A stretch of 15,617 nucleotides of DNA from a virus. Below are positions 1 to 7,450 of this stretch, one piece after another. Location: the UHGV virus genome UHGV-2204636; one strand, written 5' to 3'. Below the pieces are notes generated by a model. That model made no database searches. It was not told the DNA's origin and worked only from the letters and a program-made list of their open reading frames with translations. Within the stretch, counting starts at the first letter, position 1; the number at the start of each line of letters is the position of its first letter. Both the position numbers and the translations under genes were made by a program.

Positions 1-8
1 AAGAAATA

Positions 9-38
9 GGGCTTCCACCTGGGAAGCCCTTTCTTTTT
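9..38. terminator. Rho-independent terminator hairpin (GGGCTTCC-loop-GGAAGCCC) with T-run on + strand; may act bidirectionally downstream of pspG
   Basis: Perfect 8-bp GC-rich inverted repeat at 9-16/22-29 followed by TTTCTTTTT on the + strand; on the minus strand it lies ~130 nt past the pspG stop. Confidence 0.5.
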
Positions 39-165
39 ATAGTTCGGCTGTATGTAGGGTACAGCACGATGAATCTGTTAGAGGCGCAATAGTGACAGAT
101 TTGATTATCAATTCCTATTTTGTTCTAAGGATAAAACCTTAGGTTGTGATCATCCGCACAATCCC

Positions 166-408
166 TTAGTAACGCCAGCGGTCATAACGCTGATATTTCG
201 GCACTTTTGGTGCTTTAATCGCCTTAATAACCCACACCACCGCAATCGCCAGTAGTAACCACGGCAGCAACTTAATCATCAATGCCAGCATACCGCCGAG
301 GAACATAATGGCCGTCGCCACAACCAGCGCGGCGATAATGCCCAGCAACGAAACGCCGGTGACCATCAGCATGACAAAAAAGCCAATCACAAAAAGTAGT
401 TCCAGCAT
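166..408 (-). CDS. pspG: Phage shock protein G, small inner-membrane protein (80 aa)
   Basis: Translation from the internal ATG at 408 (MLELLFVIGFFVMLMVTGVSLLGIIAALVV...KVPKYQRYDRWRY) is two hydrophobic helices and matches my recollection of E. coli PspG; GGGAG Shine-Dalgarno 6 nt upstream; the longer ORF to 618 is an upstream in-frame extension with no coding character. Confidence 0.88.
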   Translation of the reverse strand: MLELLFVIGFFVMLMVTGVSLLGIIAALVVATAIMFLGGMLALMIKLLPWLLLAIAVVWVIKAIKAPKVPKYQRYDRWRY

Positions 409-443
409 GATGCACTCCCAAATATGAAATCTCTTGCTGGCAT

Positions 444-459
444 TACAAGAATCATGCCA
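444..459 (-). promoter_or_regulatory. Candidate sigma54 (-24/-12) promoter of pspG: TGGCATG-N4-TTGTA
   Basis: Minus-strand sequence TGGCATGATTCTTGTA about 35-50 nt upstream of the pspG ATG; pspG is known to be PspF/sigma54-dependent. The -12 element is TTGT rather than the consensus TTGC. Confidence 0.45.
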
Positions 460-480
460 AAAATAATCTATTGATTTAAC

Positions 481-511
481 AGCAAAACGCCCCGCGACGG
501 TGCGCAGGGCG
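481..511 (-). terminator. Rho-independent terminator downstream of dusA
   Basis: Minus-strand hairpin CGCCCTGCG-caccgt-CGCGGGGCG (+ coordinates 488-511) followed by TTTTGCT, about 30 nt after the dusA stop codon. Confidence 0.5.
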
Positions 512-541
512 TGGTGAATTTGACTATTTTTTGGTGAAAAG

Positions 542-1579
542 TTAACGCTTATCCGCCACCAGTTTGAGCGCGTGTTCCAGCACATTAATGTCTGCACCCG
601 CTTTATGGGCATTTTCACTTAAATAACGCCGCCACTGCCGCGCGCCAGGAATACCCTGGAACAAGCCCAACATATGCCGGGTAATATGACCGAGATACGT
701 CCCCTGGCTGAGTTCACGCTCAATGTACGGATACATGGCGCGCACTACCGCCACCGGATCGGCATCGATATCCGAGGAACCAAAGATCTCCCGGTCTACC
801 GCCGCCAGAATACCCGGATTCTGATACGCCTCGCGCCCGACCATCACGCCATCCATATGTTGCAGGTGTGCTTTGGCCTCTTCCAGCGACTTGATACCAC
901 CGTTAATCGACATTGTCAGATGCGGAAAGTCACGCTTCAGTTGATACACACGCGGATAATCGAGCGGCGGGATCTCACGGTTTTCTTTCGGACTTAACCC
1001 CGAAAGCCAGGCTTTACGTGCATGGATGATGAACATCTCACACTCGCCTTTGCCGGAAACGGTGTTGATGAAATCGCAGAGAAATTCATAGCTGTCCTGG
1101 TCGTCGATGCCAATACGCGTTTTCACCGTCACCGGAATCGACACCACATCGCGCATCGCTTTCACGCAGTCGGCAACCAGCTGCGCATTACCCATCAGAC
1201 ACGCACCAAACATGCCGTTCTGCACCCGGTCAGACGGGCAGCCGACATTCAGGTTGATCTCATCATATCCACGCGCTTCTGCCAGCTTCGCACACTGTGC
1301 CAGCGCCGCCGGATCGCTACCGCCGAGTTGCAACGCTACCGGATGTTCTTCTTCACTGTACGCCAGGTAATCACCTTTACCGTGAATAATCGCCCCTGTG
1401 GTCACCATTTCGGTATACAGCAACGTATTGCGGGAAAGCAGACGCAAGAAATAGCGGCAATGTCTGTCCGTCCAGTCGAGCATAGGAGCAATGCTAAACC
1501 GAGAATTCCAGTAAACACCAGTTTTTTCAGGCATCACGCTGGTTTGATTAATTTTTTGTGTTTCATGATTATCGTGCAT
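542..1579 (-). CDS. dusA: tRNA-dihydrouridine synthase A; 5' end probably supplied by the integrated element; alternative start at 1534 (MPEKTG...)
   Basis: 345-aa ORF with the Dus TIM-barrel hallmarks ([31 protein letters not shown]); matches E. coli DusA as I recall it. No strong SD before either candidate start. Confidence 0.9.
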   Translation of the reverse strand: MHDNHETQKINQTSVMPEKTGVYWNSRFSIAPMLDWTDRHCRYFLRLLSRNTLLYTEMVTTGAIIHGKGDYLAYSEEEHPVALQLGGSDPAALAQCAKLAEARGYDEINLNVGCPSDRVQNGMFGACLMGNAQLVADCVKAMRDVVSIPVTVKTRIGIDDQDSYEFLCDFINTVSGKGECEMFIIHARKAWLSGLSPKENREIPPLDYPRVYQLKRDFPHLTMSINGGIKSLEEAKAHLQHMDGVMVGREAYQNPGILAAVDREIFGSSDIDADPVAVVRAMYPYIERELSQGTYLGHITRHMLGLFQGIPGARQWRRYLSENAHKAGADINVLEHALKLVADKR

Positions 1580-1611
1580 TTTTGAACATTTCAGGCTATT
1601 TTTCTCGCGTT

Positions 1612-1648
1612 AGGTTCCCGCACAGGTTCCCACGTTTTATGGGAACCC
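1612..1648. promoter_or_regulatory. Three GGTTCCC(A/G) motifs in the dusA-int divergent intergenic region: two direct copies plus an 8-bp inverted repeat GGTTCCCA-N7-TGGGAACC
   Basis: Motif at 1614-1620, 1626-1632 and inverted at 1641-1647, between the divergent dusA and integrase starts; candidate operator or recombinase/RDF binding sites. Confidence 0.3.
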
Positions 1649-1667
1649 GAAATAACGAGGTCGTGTA

Positions 1668-2765
1668 ATGGCGTACTATAACATAGAGAAACGACTAAAA
1701 TCCGATGGCACACCACGCTATCGCTGTAATGTGATTATCAAAGAAAAAGGTGTTATCACTTACAGGGAAAGCAAAACATTCCCTAAACATGCTCATGCCA
1801 AAACATGGGGCACACAGAAAGTGATGGAATTAGATCTATATGGCATTCCATCATCAAATGCAGTTGACGGACTTACAGTCCGTGACTTACTACACAAATA
1901 TTTAAATGACCCAAATGCCGGAGGTAAAGCAGGCCGTACTAAAAGATATGTGCTGGAACTGCTTATGGATAGTGACATCTCCGCGATCAAACTATCTGAA
2001 CTGACAGAAAATGACGTAATTGAACATTGCAGGCTAAGAAACAACGCTGGTGCAGGTCCTGCAACAGTCAGCCACGATGTTAGTTATCTTGGCAGTGTTC
2101 TGGATGCGGCCAAACCTGTATACGGAATTAATTACACATCAAACCCGGCGAAAAGCGCTCGCCCATATCTACTTAAACTTGGTTTGATTGGTAAATCAAA
2201 CCGTCGTAATCGTAGACCAGCATCTGATGAACTGGACATGCTCATTGCAGGCCTTCAACAACGATCTACTCATAAATGCTCAAAAATTCCGTTCGTTGAT
2301 ATCCTCAAATTTTCTGTATGGTCCTGTATGCGAATCGGAGAAGTATGCCGGTTACGATGGGAAGATCTCGACCAGGAACAAAAATCTATACTCGTAAGAG
2401 ACAGGAAAGATCCACGCAAAAAGGAAGGTAACCACATGAAAGTAGCCTTGCTTGGGGAAGCCTGGGATATCGTCCAACGACAGCCCCAAAAATCGGAATT
2501 CATTTTTCCATATAACAGCACTTCTGTTACTGCGGGATTTCAGAGAGTAAGAAGCAAATTAGGTATTAAGGATCTGCGATACCATGATTTGCGTAGAGAA
2601 GGGGCAAGTCGCTTATTTGAGGCTGGTTTTAGTATTGAGGAAGTCGCCCAAGTTACAGGGCATCGTTCATTAAACGTGCTATGGCAGGTATATACCGAAC
2701 TGTATCCGAAATCTTTACATAATCGTTTTGAAGAGCTCCAAAGGAGCAGAAATAAGACCTCTTGA
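1668..2765 (+). CDS. int: Tyrosine recombinase / phage integrase, in the position of a dusA-associated integrase
   Basis: 365-aa ORF with a GAGG SD; C-terminal catalytic signature (...RYHDLRREGASR... GHRSLNVLWQVY) typical of tyrosine integrases; divergent from and adjacent to the 5' end of dusA. Confidence 0.9.
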   Translation: MAYYNIEKRLKSDGTPRYRCNVIIKEKGVITYRESKTFPKHAHAKTWGTQKVMELDLYGIPSSNAVDGLTVRDLLHKYLNDPNAGGKAGRTKRYVLELLMDSDISAIKLSELTENDVIEHCRLRNNAGAGPATVSHDVSYLGSVLDAAKPVYGINYTSNPAKSARPYLLKLGLIGKSNRRNRRPASDELDMLIAGLQQRSTHKCSKIPFVDILKFSVWSCMRIGEVCRLRWEDLDQEQKSILVRDRKDPRKKEGNHMKVALLGEAWDIVQRQPQKSEFIFPYNSTSVTAGFQRVRSKLGIKDLRYHDLRREGASRLFEAGFSIEEVAQVTGHRSLNVLWQVYTELYPKSLHNRFEELQRSRNKTS

Positions 2766-2811
2766 CACTGTTTATCCATACAGTTAAAAATAATGCTGTA
2801 TACAAACACAG
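2762..2811 (+). promoter_or_regulatory. sigma70-type promoter (TTGACA -35, TAAAAA -10 at 17 bp) with a LexA SOS box CTGTATACAAACACAG
   Basis: Perfect -35 hexamer at 2762-2767 overlapping the int stop; CTGT-N8-ACAG with AT-rich spacer at 2796-2811, between the -10 and the RBS (GGAGGG) of the dinI-like gene. Confidence 0.6.
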
Positions 2812-2826
2812 TATGGAGGGACTTTT

Positions 2827-3075
2827 ATGCGTATTGAAATCTGCATAGCCAAAGAAAAAATGACTAAAATGCCAACCGGTGCTGTGGATGCGTTAAAGGA
2901 AGAATTAACCCGACGCATCAGTAAGCGTTATGACGATGTTGAGGTGTTAGTAAAAGCCACCAGCAATGATGGCCTTTCTGTTACACGCACCGCAGATAAG
3001 GATTCTGCAAAAACTTTTGTTCAGGAGACTCTGAAAGATACCTGGGAATCTGCTGACGAGTGGTTTGTTCACTAA
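2827..3075 (+). CDS. DinI-family damage-inducible protein (prophage DinI-like)
   Basis: 82-aa product [11 protein letters not shown]...[16 protein letters not shown] aligns by eye with E. coli DinI (MRIEVTIAK...ETWESADDWFV); strong SD; preceded by a LexA box. Confidence 0.85.
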   Translation: MRIEICIAKEKMTKMPTGAVDALKEELTRRISKRYDDVEVLVKATSNDGLSVTRTADKDSAKTFVQETLKDTWESADEWFVH

Positions 3076-3328
3076 TAAACACGTAAAATCTGTAACGGCT
3101 GGAAATCATTCAATACTCGCACTATCGAAAGTTCACCAGCCAACCGCAGCGCGTTCTTGCATACGACGTGGCTGCGGTCTCAACTCCGTCCCCCACCAAT
3201 CATGATTGGGCAGTACCAGTACAGCACTAGTAAAAACTGGAAATAAGCAGTCTCAGCAAAATACCGGCCAGACGGTGAGAAGACAAAAAAGATACGCAAA
3301 GTAGCCGCGGCCCTTAGTGACATGAAAT

Positions 3329-3349
3329 CCCGCTATACGGGCTTTTTTG
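3329..3349 (+). terminator. Weak terminator-like hairpin (CCCG-ctata-CGGG) followed by CTTTTTTGT
   Basis: Short 4-bp GC stem with a T6 run, inside the 350-bp non-coding gap downstream of the dinI-like gene. Confidence 0.3.
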
Positions 3350-3423
3350 TATCTGCACACGATTGATTATTAGGTCCGTATAGCTAATAGTGGTCTTAAC
3401 CTACATATAGAATCAGAGACTTT

Positions 3424-4119
3424 ATGAAAAAGGAAATACTCAAGGCTCTTTGCCCTACATGCGGTGGGTTACGTAACTGCACTGTGCATGGGAAGCTAAC
3501 CACTAGCTGGGAGGATTCCCAATATCCAGTTTATGGGTACCATTACCATCACCTACTCCAATGCAATGGCTGTGATACTGTCTTCTATCACCACAACGAA
3601 CACTTCAGTGAGCATACTACCCACGAATATCGTGATGGTGAATTTGTAGAAACGCCTATAGATATGATCACTACCTATCCTGCCGCTGAAACATTTCAAG
3701 CTCCGATATGGTTATCCAAGCTTGAATCAGTTGATCGTCAGCTCTTTCAAATATTTAATGAAATGTATTCTTCATATACTTCTGACCATTTCATTCTTTC
3801 GTCCATCGGTTTACGGACGATTTTTGATCGAACTGCTGAACTGTTACAAATTCACCCCGGTTTGCCGCTTGGTGAAAAAGTTGAAAAATTAAAACAAGAT
3901 GGAGTCATAGGCGACACTGAGGCATGCGTTATATCTTCAGTAATTGATGCAGGAAACGCCGCCGCACATCGCAGTTGGAGCCCGAATAAAAGTGAGTTCG
4001 AACAAATGCTAGAAGCTATAGAAAGTTTTGTCCAAAGAACTATCTTGGGCAAAAAATCACTTGAACATATAACCAAACAACTCCCACCTCGGGTTACAAG
4101 ACCTAAAAATAGTGCATAA
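3424..4119 (+). CDS. Hypothetical protein: N-terminal 4-Cys zinc ribbon (CPTC...CNGC) plus C-terminal DUF4145/HEPN-like helical domain; candidate defence or abortive-infection cargo gene
   Basis: 231-aa ORF, visibly AT-richer than the flanking tail genes; CxxC-N32-CxxC plus a His-rich stretch at the N-terminus; C-terminal LGEKVEKLKQDGVI...IDAGNAAAHRS resembles the conserved core of DUF4145 as I recall it (unverified). Confidence 0.75.
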   Translation: MKKEILKALCPTCGGLRNCTVHGKLTTSWEDSQYPVYGYHYHHLLQCNGCDTVFYHHNEHFSEHTTHEYRDGEFVETPIDMITTYPAAETFQAPIWLSKLESVDRQLFQIFNEMYSSYTSDHFILSSIGLRTIFDRTAELLQIHPGLPLGEKVEKLKQDGVIGDTEACVISSVIDAGNAAAHRSWSPNKSEFEQMLEAIESFVQRTILGKKSLEHITKQLPPRVTRPKNSA

Positions 4120-4145
4120 TCCGCGATCATCAATGTGGCGTAAGG

Positions 4146-4702
4146 CTATGGTTTACTTGCTACAGGGAATTTTTTATACACCGTTGAAATACCCAGATCA
4201 TAAATCAGTGCGACTTGCTGCTGATATATTCCCGATTCAATCAACCTGCCAGCCTGCCCCCATTGTTCTACTGTCAGCTTTGGCTTTCGCCCACCGTTCC
4301 TCCCTTCTTGTCGTGCTGCGGCAAAGCCGCCCTAGTACGTTCGACAATAAACTCTCGCTCCATTTCAGCCAGGGCACCCATCACATGAAAGAAAAAGCGC
4401 CCCATTGGTGTGCTGGTATCAATAGCATCCGTCAGGCTGCGAAAATTAACGCCACGTTCGCGCAACTCTTCCACCAGCACGACAAGATGCCGCATACTGC
4501 GCCCCAGTCGGTCCAGTTTCCAGACCACCAGCGTGTCACCTGCCGATAATGTCCTGAGCAGCTTTTTCAGTCCTGGTCTGTCGGACTTTGTACCGCTTAT
4601 CTTGTCTTCAAAAATCAGCTCACATCCTGCACAGTTCAACGCATTACGTTGTAGATCGGTGTTCTGGTCATTTGTTGATACGCGAACATAGCCAATAAGC
4701 AT
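4146..4702 (-). pseudogene. pin: Serine recombinase / DNA invertase of the Pin/Gin/Hin/Cin family, interrupted by a 1-nt frameshift near 4320-4323
   Basis: Frame A (4322-4702) encodes MLIGYVRVSTNDQNTDLQ...GRFFFHVMGALAEMEREFIVERTRAAL (catalytic domain, Ser in VRVSTNDQ). Frame C (4146-4322) encodes AAARQEGRNGGRKPKLTVEQWGQAGRLIESGIYQQQVALIYDLGISTVYKKFPVASKP (HTH domain), matching e14 Pin. Total length 557 nt is not a multiple of 3. Confidence 0.7.
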
Positions 4703-4731
4703 GATAGCTCCTCCTGACAAAAACAGGAACG

Positions 4732-5103
4732 ATGCCATTTGCGCGCTATTTCTGCATTTTCATAAACGTTGGTTTGGGAGAAGCGGCAAAACGGAATGTG
4801 GGAACAGGGAAAAATCAGATACCTGATATGTCAGCTTATTCATCAGGATCTGGCTGGCAAAAATTGCCTGATGGTTCAATTGAACAGTGGGGAAGAATTA
4901 ATTTCCCGTATAACGCCGCGGCGGTATCTACAAATGTGACTTTCACCATTCCTTTTACGCAGGAGCCAGACGTAGTGATTGTATATGACGGCGGTTTTGG
5001 TGGTGGGAATATGTGGGGCGCAACTAACTGGACGAAAACAGGTTTCGTTGCTCATTGTAACTATGGCTTTGAAGGTGGAGCCTTCTACGCGAAAGGGCGT
5101 TAA
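4732..5103 (+). CDS. Silent alternative tail-fibre C-terminal cassette (Sv'-like); the ATG at 4732 is probably fortuitous, the cassette is expressed only after inversion
   Basis: ORF shares the VGLGE junction with the expressed fibre gene at the crossover site, then diverges (AAKRNVGTGKNQ...); no independent N-terminal fibre domain. Confidence 0.55.
   Translation: MPFARYFCIFINVGLGEAAKRNVGTGKNQIPDMSAYSSGSGWQKLPDGSIEQWGRINFPYNAAAVSTNVTFTIPFTQEPDVVIVYDGGFGGGNMWGATNWTKTGFVAHCNYGFEGGAFYAKGR
4757..4782. other. Invertase crossover site (gix/pix-like 26-bp imperfect palindrome), invertase-proximal copy
   Basis: TTTTCATAAACG-TT-GGTTTGGGAGAA; its reverse complement shares TTCTCCCAAACCAA with the site at 6573-6598; resembles hix/gix half-sites. 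Confidence 0.55.
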
Positions 5104-5105
5104 TT

Positions 5106-5546
5106 ATGAAATATTTGTATGTTGATAATCTGGCGTACCCTTATGCCCTCCAGTCTGTTTACGCTGCAAAAGGCCAATGGCCCGAAGGTAAAGGCGTGGA
5201 TATAGACGAAGCTATTTTCAGGGAATATTTCCATGATACGCCGCCTGACGGTAAGTACAGAATTACCGGAGACGATGGAATGCCAGCATGGGCAGATGTT
5301 CCACCGCCAACACGTGAAGAACAAATTGCATCAGCCGAAACTAAAAAGCAGCAATTGATTAATCAGGCCAACGATTATATGAACAGTAGACAATGGGCTG
5401 GTAAAGCGGCTATTGGTCGTCTGAAAGGTGAGGAACTGGCGCAATATAATTTGTGGCTGGATTATCTGGACGCACTGGAGCTGGTCGATACTTCCAGTGC
5501 ACCAGATATTGAATGGCCTACTCCTCCGGCAGTTCAGGCCAGATGA
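5106..5546 (+). CDS. Tail fibre assembly protein (Tfa / Mu U'-like), partner of the silent cassette
   Basis: 146-aa product with the conserved Tfa C-terminal motif (...NLWLDYLDALELVDTSSAPDIEWPTPP); immediately follows the cassette ORF. Confidence 0.85.
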   Translation: MKYLYVDNLAYPYALQSVYAAKGQWPEGKGVDIDEAIFREYFHDTPPDGKYRITGDDGMPAWADVPPPTREEQIASAETKKQQLINQANDYMNSRQWAGKAAIGRLKGEELAQYNLWLDYLDALELVDTSSAPDIEWPTPPAVQAR

Positions 5547-6120
5547 CATCCGGCGCGGTGCTGGTATCTGTTGCCGTCACCGCGTCAATGTAATCCAGCA
5601 CAGCGTTAAGTCGGGTTGTTTCTGCCTGCGTCAACTTCCGTCCGGCCTGTAATTTCAGCTGAATCAGACTAATGGAAGCCATTGCTGCATCAATCAGTGA
5701 CTGGCGCTGTGCTTCTGCTGCGTCTACTGCGGCACTATGCTGTGCCTCAGTATCCGTCACCCATTTCTCACCATCCCATTTATCGTATGGCGTTAACGGG
5801 GCGATAGTGGTTGTATTTTCGGGGTAATCACCCAGAGCTGTGATTTCTTTGGCGTCTCCCGTTTCGGTGTTATAGACGATTTCACCGCGATGGTCTGGCA
5901 CATATTCCCATGAGTTTAAATCTGCCGAACGGCAGATTGCATAACCAGCCTTATGTATACCAGGTTCATCCAGACAGGAATATGCCGGGATACCAACACC
6001 AACGGCAAGATATTCATTTGAAGTGGAAATATATTCCCGAGTTTCACCATCATAGCTATAGACGGTAATATCCCCCGCCTTCGTGGCAATAAGCTCGCTA
6101 TTTAATACAGCGTTATCCAT
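5518..6120 (-). CDS. Tail fibre assembly protein (Tfa / Mu U-like), partner of the expressed fibre
   Basis: 200-aa product with C-terminal ...LNAVLDYIDAVTATDTSTAPDVIWPELPEE motif; convergent with and overlapping the U'-like gene by 29 nt. Confidence 0.85.
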   Translation of the reverse strand: MDNAVLNSELIATKAGDITVYSYDGETREYISTSNEYLAVGVGIPAYSCLDEPGIHKAGYAICRSADLNSWEYVPDHRGEIVYNTETGDAKEITALGDYPENTTTIAPLTPYDKWDGEKWVTDTEAQHSAAVDAAEAQRQSLIDAAMASISLIQLKLQAGRKLTQAETTRLNAVLDYIDAVTATDTSTAPDVIWPELPEE

Positions 6121-6878
6121 TATTCAGCCCTCACGATAAAGTTAAATGCAATATTTCGCGCACGTGTTTCCGTTGATGTTCTGGCAACAAGTGATGCATC
6201 AAAATAATAATTCGCCTGTTTATATGTACCACCTATCGCAATTGGTGTGAGATTTGGTTGCACTATTGAAGAGGTAAATGCGCCGAAAGTATTATTATTT
6301 GTCCCCGTGGTCATATCAAAAAAGCTACCTGTAATATTTTGCAGCGTATCGCTCTGAGCACTCAATAACGCTCGCCCACTGTCCACTCCACGCCCATCAT
6401 CCCAGCCACGAATAAACTCACCCCGCAGATCTGGCAGCACAAGACCGGGGTAAACCAGTGCCAGCTTCGGATAATTTTTAGCTGCAAATGGAGCGCCGTT
6501 ACATTTCAGCCATCCTGTTGGTGGAGTGGCTAAAGGCCACGGAACAGGCACACCAACGGGTAATGCCGAACCTTCTCCCAAACCAAGATTTCCGAGAGCC
6601 GTTTTCACGGTGCCATCCGATTTGATATCGCCAAACGGATTTGAGCGACTCAGTAACAGCGCGTTTAGTGCTGTTAATAACTGGTTTTTTTTAGAAGGAT
6701 CAACATTAATACCGGCAGCGTTCAGGACAGTAATAAGCTCCGACTGCGCATCTCTGACAGCCCCCTGCACGTTATTCAGATGCTCAGCATCAACAATGGT
6801 CCCCAGCTCACCTGTGAGCGGATTACCATCATGGAAAAGATTATCCGGCGTCTGCACCGGTGGCATTAAGGGCCGCAT
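6120..6878 (-). CDS. Tail fibre protein (constant N-terminus about 6586-6878 plus currently expressed variable C-terminus 6120-6585)
   Basis: 252-aa ORF; start overlaps the stop of the upstream gene (TAATG); contains the crossover site at the GLGE codons. Confidence 0.85.
   Translation of the reverse strand: MRPLMPPVQTPDNLFHDGNPLTGELGTIVDAEHLNNVQGAVRDAQSELITVLNAAGINVDPSKKNQLLTALNALLLSRSNPFGDIKSDGTVKTALGNLGLGEGSALPVGVPVPWPLATPPTGWLKCNGAPFAAKNYPKLALVYPGLVLPDLRGEFIRGWDDGRGVDSGRALLSAQSDTLQNITGSFFDMTTGTNNNTFGAFTSSIVQPNLTPIAIGGTYKQANYYFDASLVARTSTETRARNIAFNFIVRAE
6573..6598. other. Invertase crossover site (26-bp imperfect palindrome) inside the tail fibre gene
   Basis: TTCTCCCAAACC-AA-GATTTCCGAGAG; inverted relative to the site at 4757-4782. 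Confidence 0.55.
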
Positions 6879-7450
6879 TATTCATTCTCCTGATATGCGA
6901 AGTAGCAAAATGTATGGGCTGGTTTGAGATCACGGAAGACGTCTTCAATAATCGGATCACCAAACGTTGTCAGGCGCTCACCTGCAGCTGAACTGCCTGA
7001 GCGAAAGCGATAGGATTGAGTTCCTGAGTTCTGAATATTGACGCGCCAGACCCAGATAATGTCTTCAACCCAGAGGCGATCACCGGCGCGGCCAACTCCC
7101 GCCCTGAAAGGTTGCGGTTCATCAATTGTGATGATGTAGCCAAGGTTGCTTGCCAACTGAGTAAAGTACGGAATACTGAGACCACCGACTTCAGCCAGTT
7201 TAGCCAGTACACGCTGCTGGCGTTGCTGGTATGTCGCACCTTCAGCAGGAGTAAGGTCCAGGACGCGTTCCCAGTCATACAAAAGGCTGCGTGCATAAAA
7301 TGGAGTAACTCCACCTTCAACAAGCCCTGCAGACGCATCGAGAGTCTCAAAAACACCTGATTCAGATCGCAATGATGCATCAAGCAGAGGCTGGCCCGGG
7401 CTGTACGAAACAAGTGGCAGCAGACGATTTAACAGCGTGAAGTAGCTCAT
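6878..7450 (-). CDS. Phage tail/baseplate protein, Mu gp48 / YmfQ (DUF2313)-like
   Basis: 190-aa ORF translationally coupled between the baseplate J-like gene and the fibre gene, the position occupied by gp48/YmfQ in Mu- and e14-type tails. Confidence 0.75.
   Translation of the reverse strand: MSYFTLLNRLLPLVSYSPGQPLLDASLRSESGVFETLDASAGLVEGGVTPFYARSLLYDWERVLDLTPAEGATYQQRQQRVLAKLAEVGGLSIPYFTQLASNLGYIITIDEPQPFRAGVGRAGDRLWVEDIIWVWRVNIQNSGTQSYRFRSGSSAAGERLTTFGDPIIEDVFRDLKPAHTFCYFAYQENE

Larger units (their letters stand above)
4757..6598. mobile_element. Invertible tail-fibre segment (Mu G / e14 P-segment type) carrying two alternative fibre C-termini and two fibre-assembly chaperone genes
   Basis: Bounded by inverted 26-bp crossover sites; contains convergent Tfa genes and two fibre C-terminal cassettes that both begin at a shared ...GLGE junction; invertase immediately adjacent. 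Confidence 0.6.

Noticed and set aside
166-618. Full 150-aa minus-strand ORF extending pspG upstream to 618
   Set aside because: The N-terminal 70 residues overlap the dusA 3' end and the intergenic promoter and have no coding character; the genuine PspG starts at the internal ATG (408) with a good SD.
674-1585. Plus-strand ORFs (674-997, 1022-1585, 1107-1370) inside the dusA region
   Set aside because: Antisense shadow ORFs of the well-supported dusA gene; Arg/His-rich translations typical of reverse-strand artefacts and no start signals.
4112-4691. Plus-strand ORFs 4112-4549 and 4410-4691
   Set aside because: Antisense to the invertase gene, whose two halves show clear Pin/Gin homology on the minus strand.
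4732-4756. ATG at 4732 as a genuine independent start for the alternative fibre cassette
   Set aside because: It lies outside the invertible segment, has no SD, and the cassette has no fibre N-terminal domain; expression is expected only by fusion to the constant fibre N-terminus after inversion.
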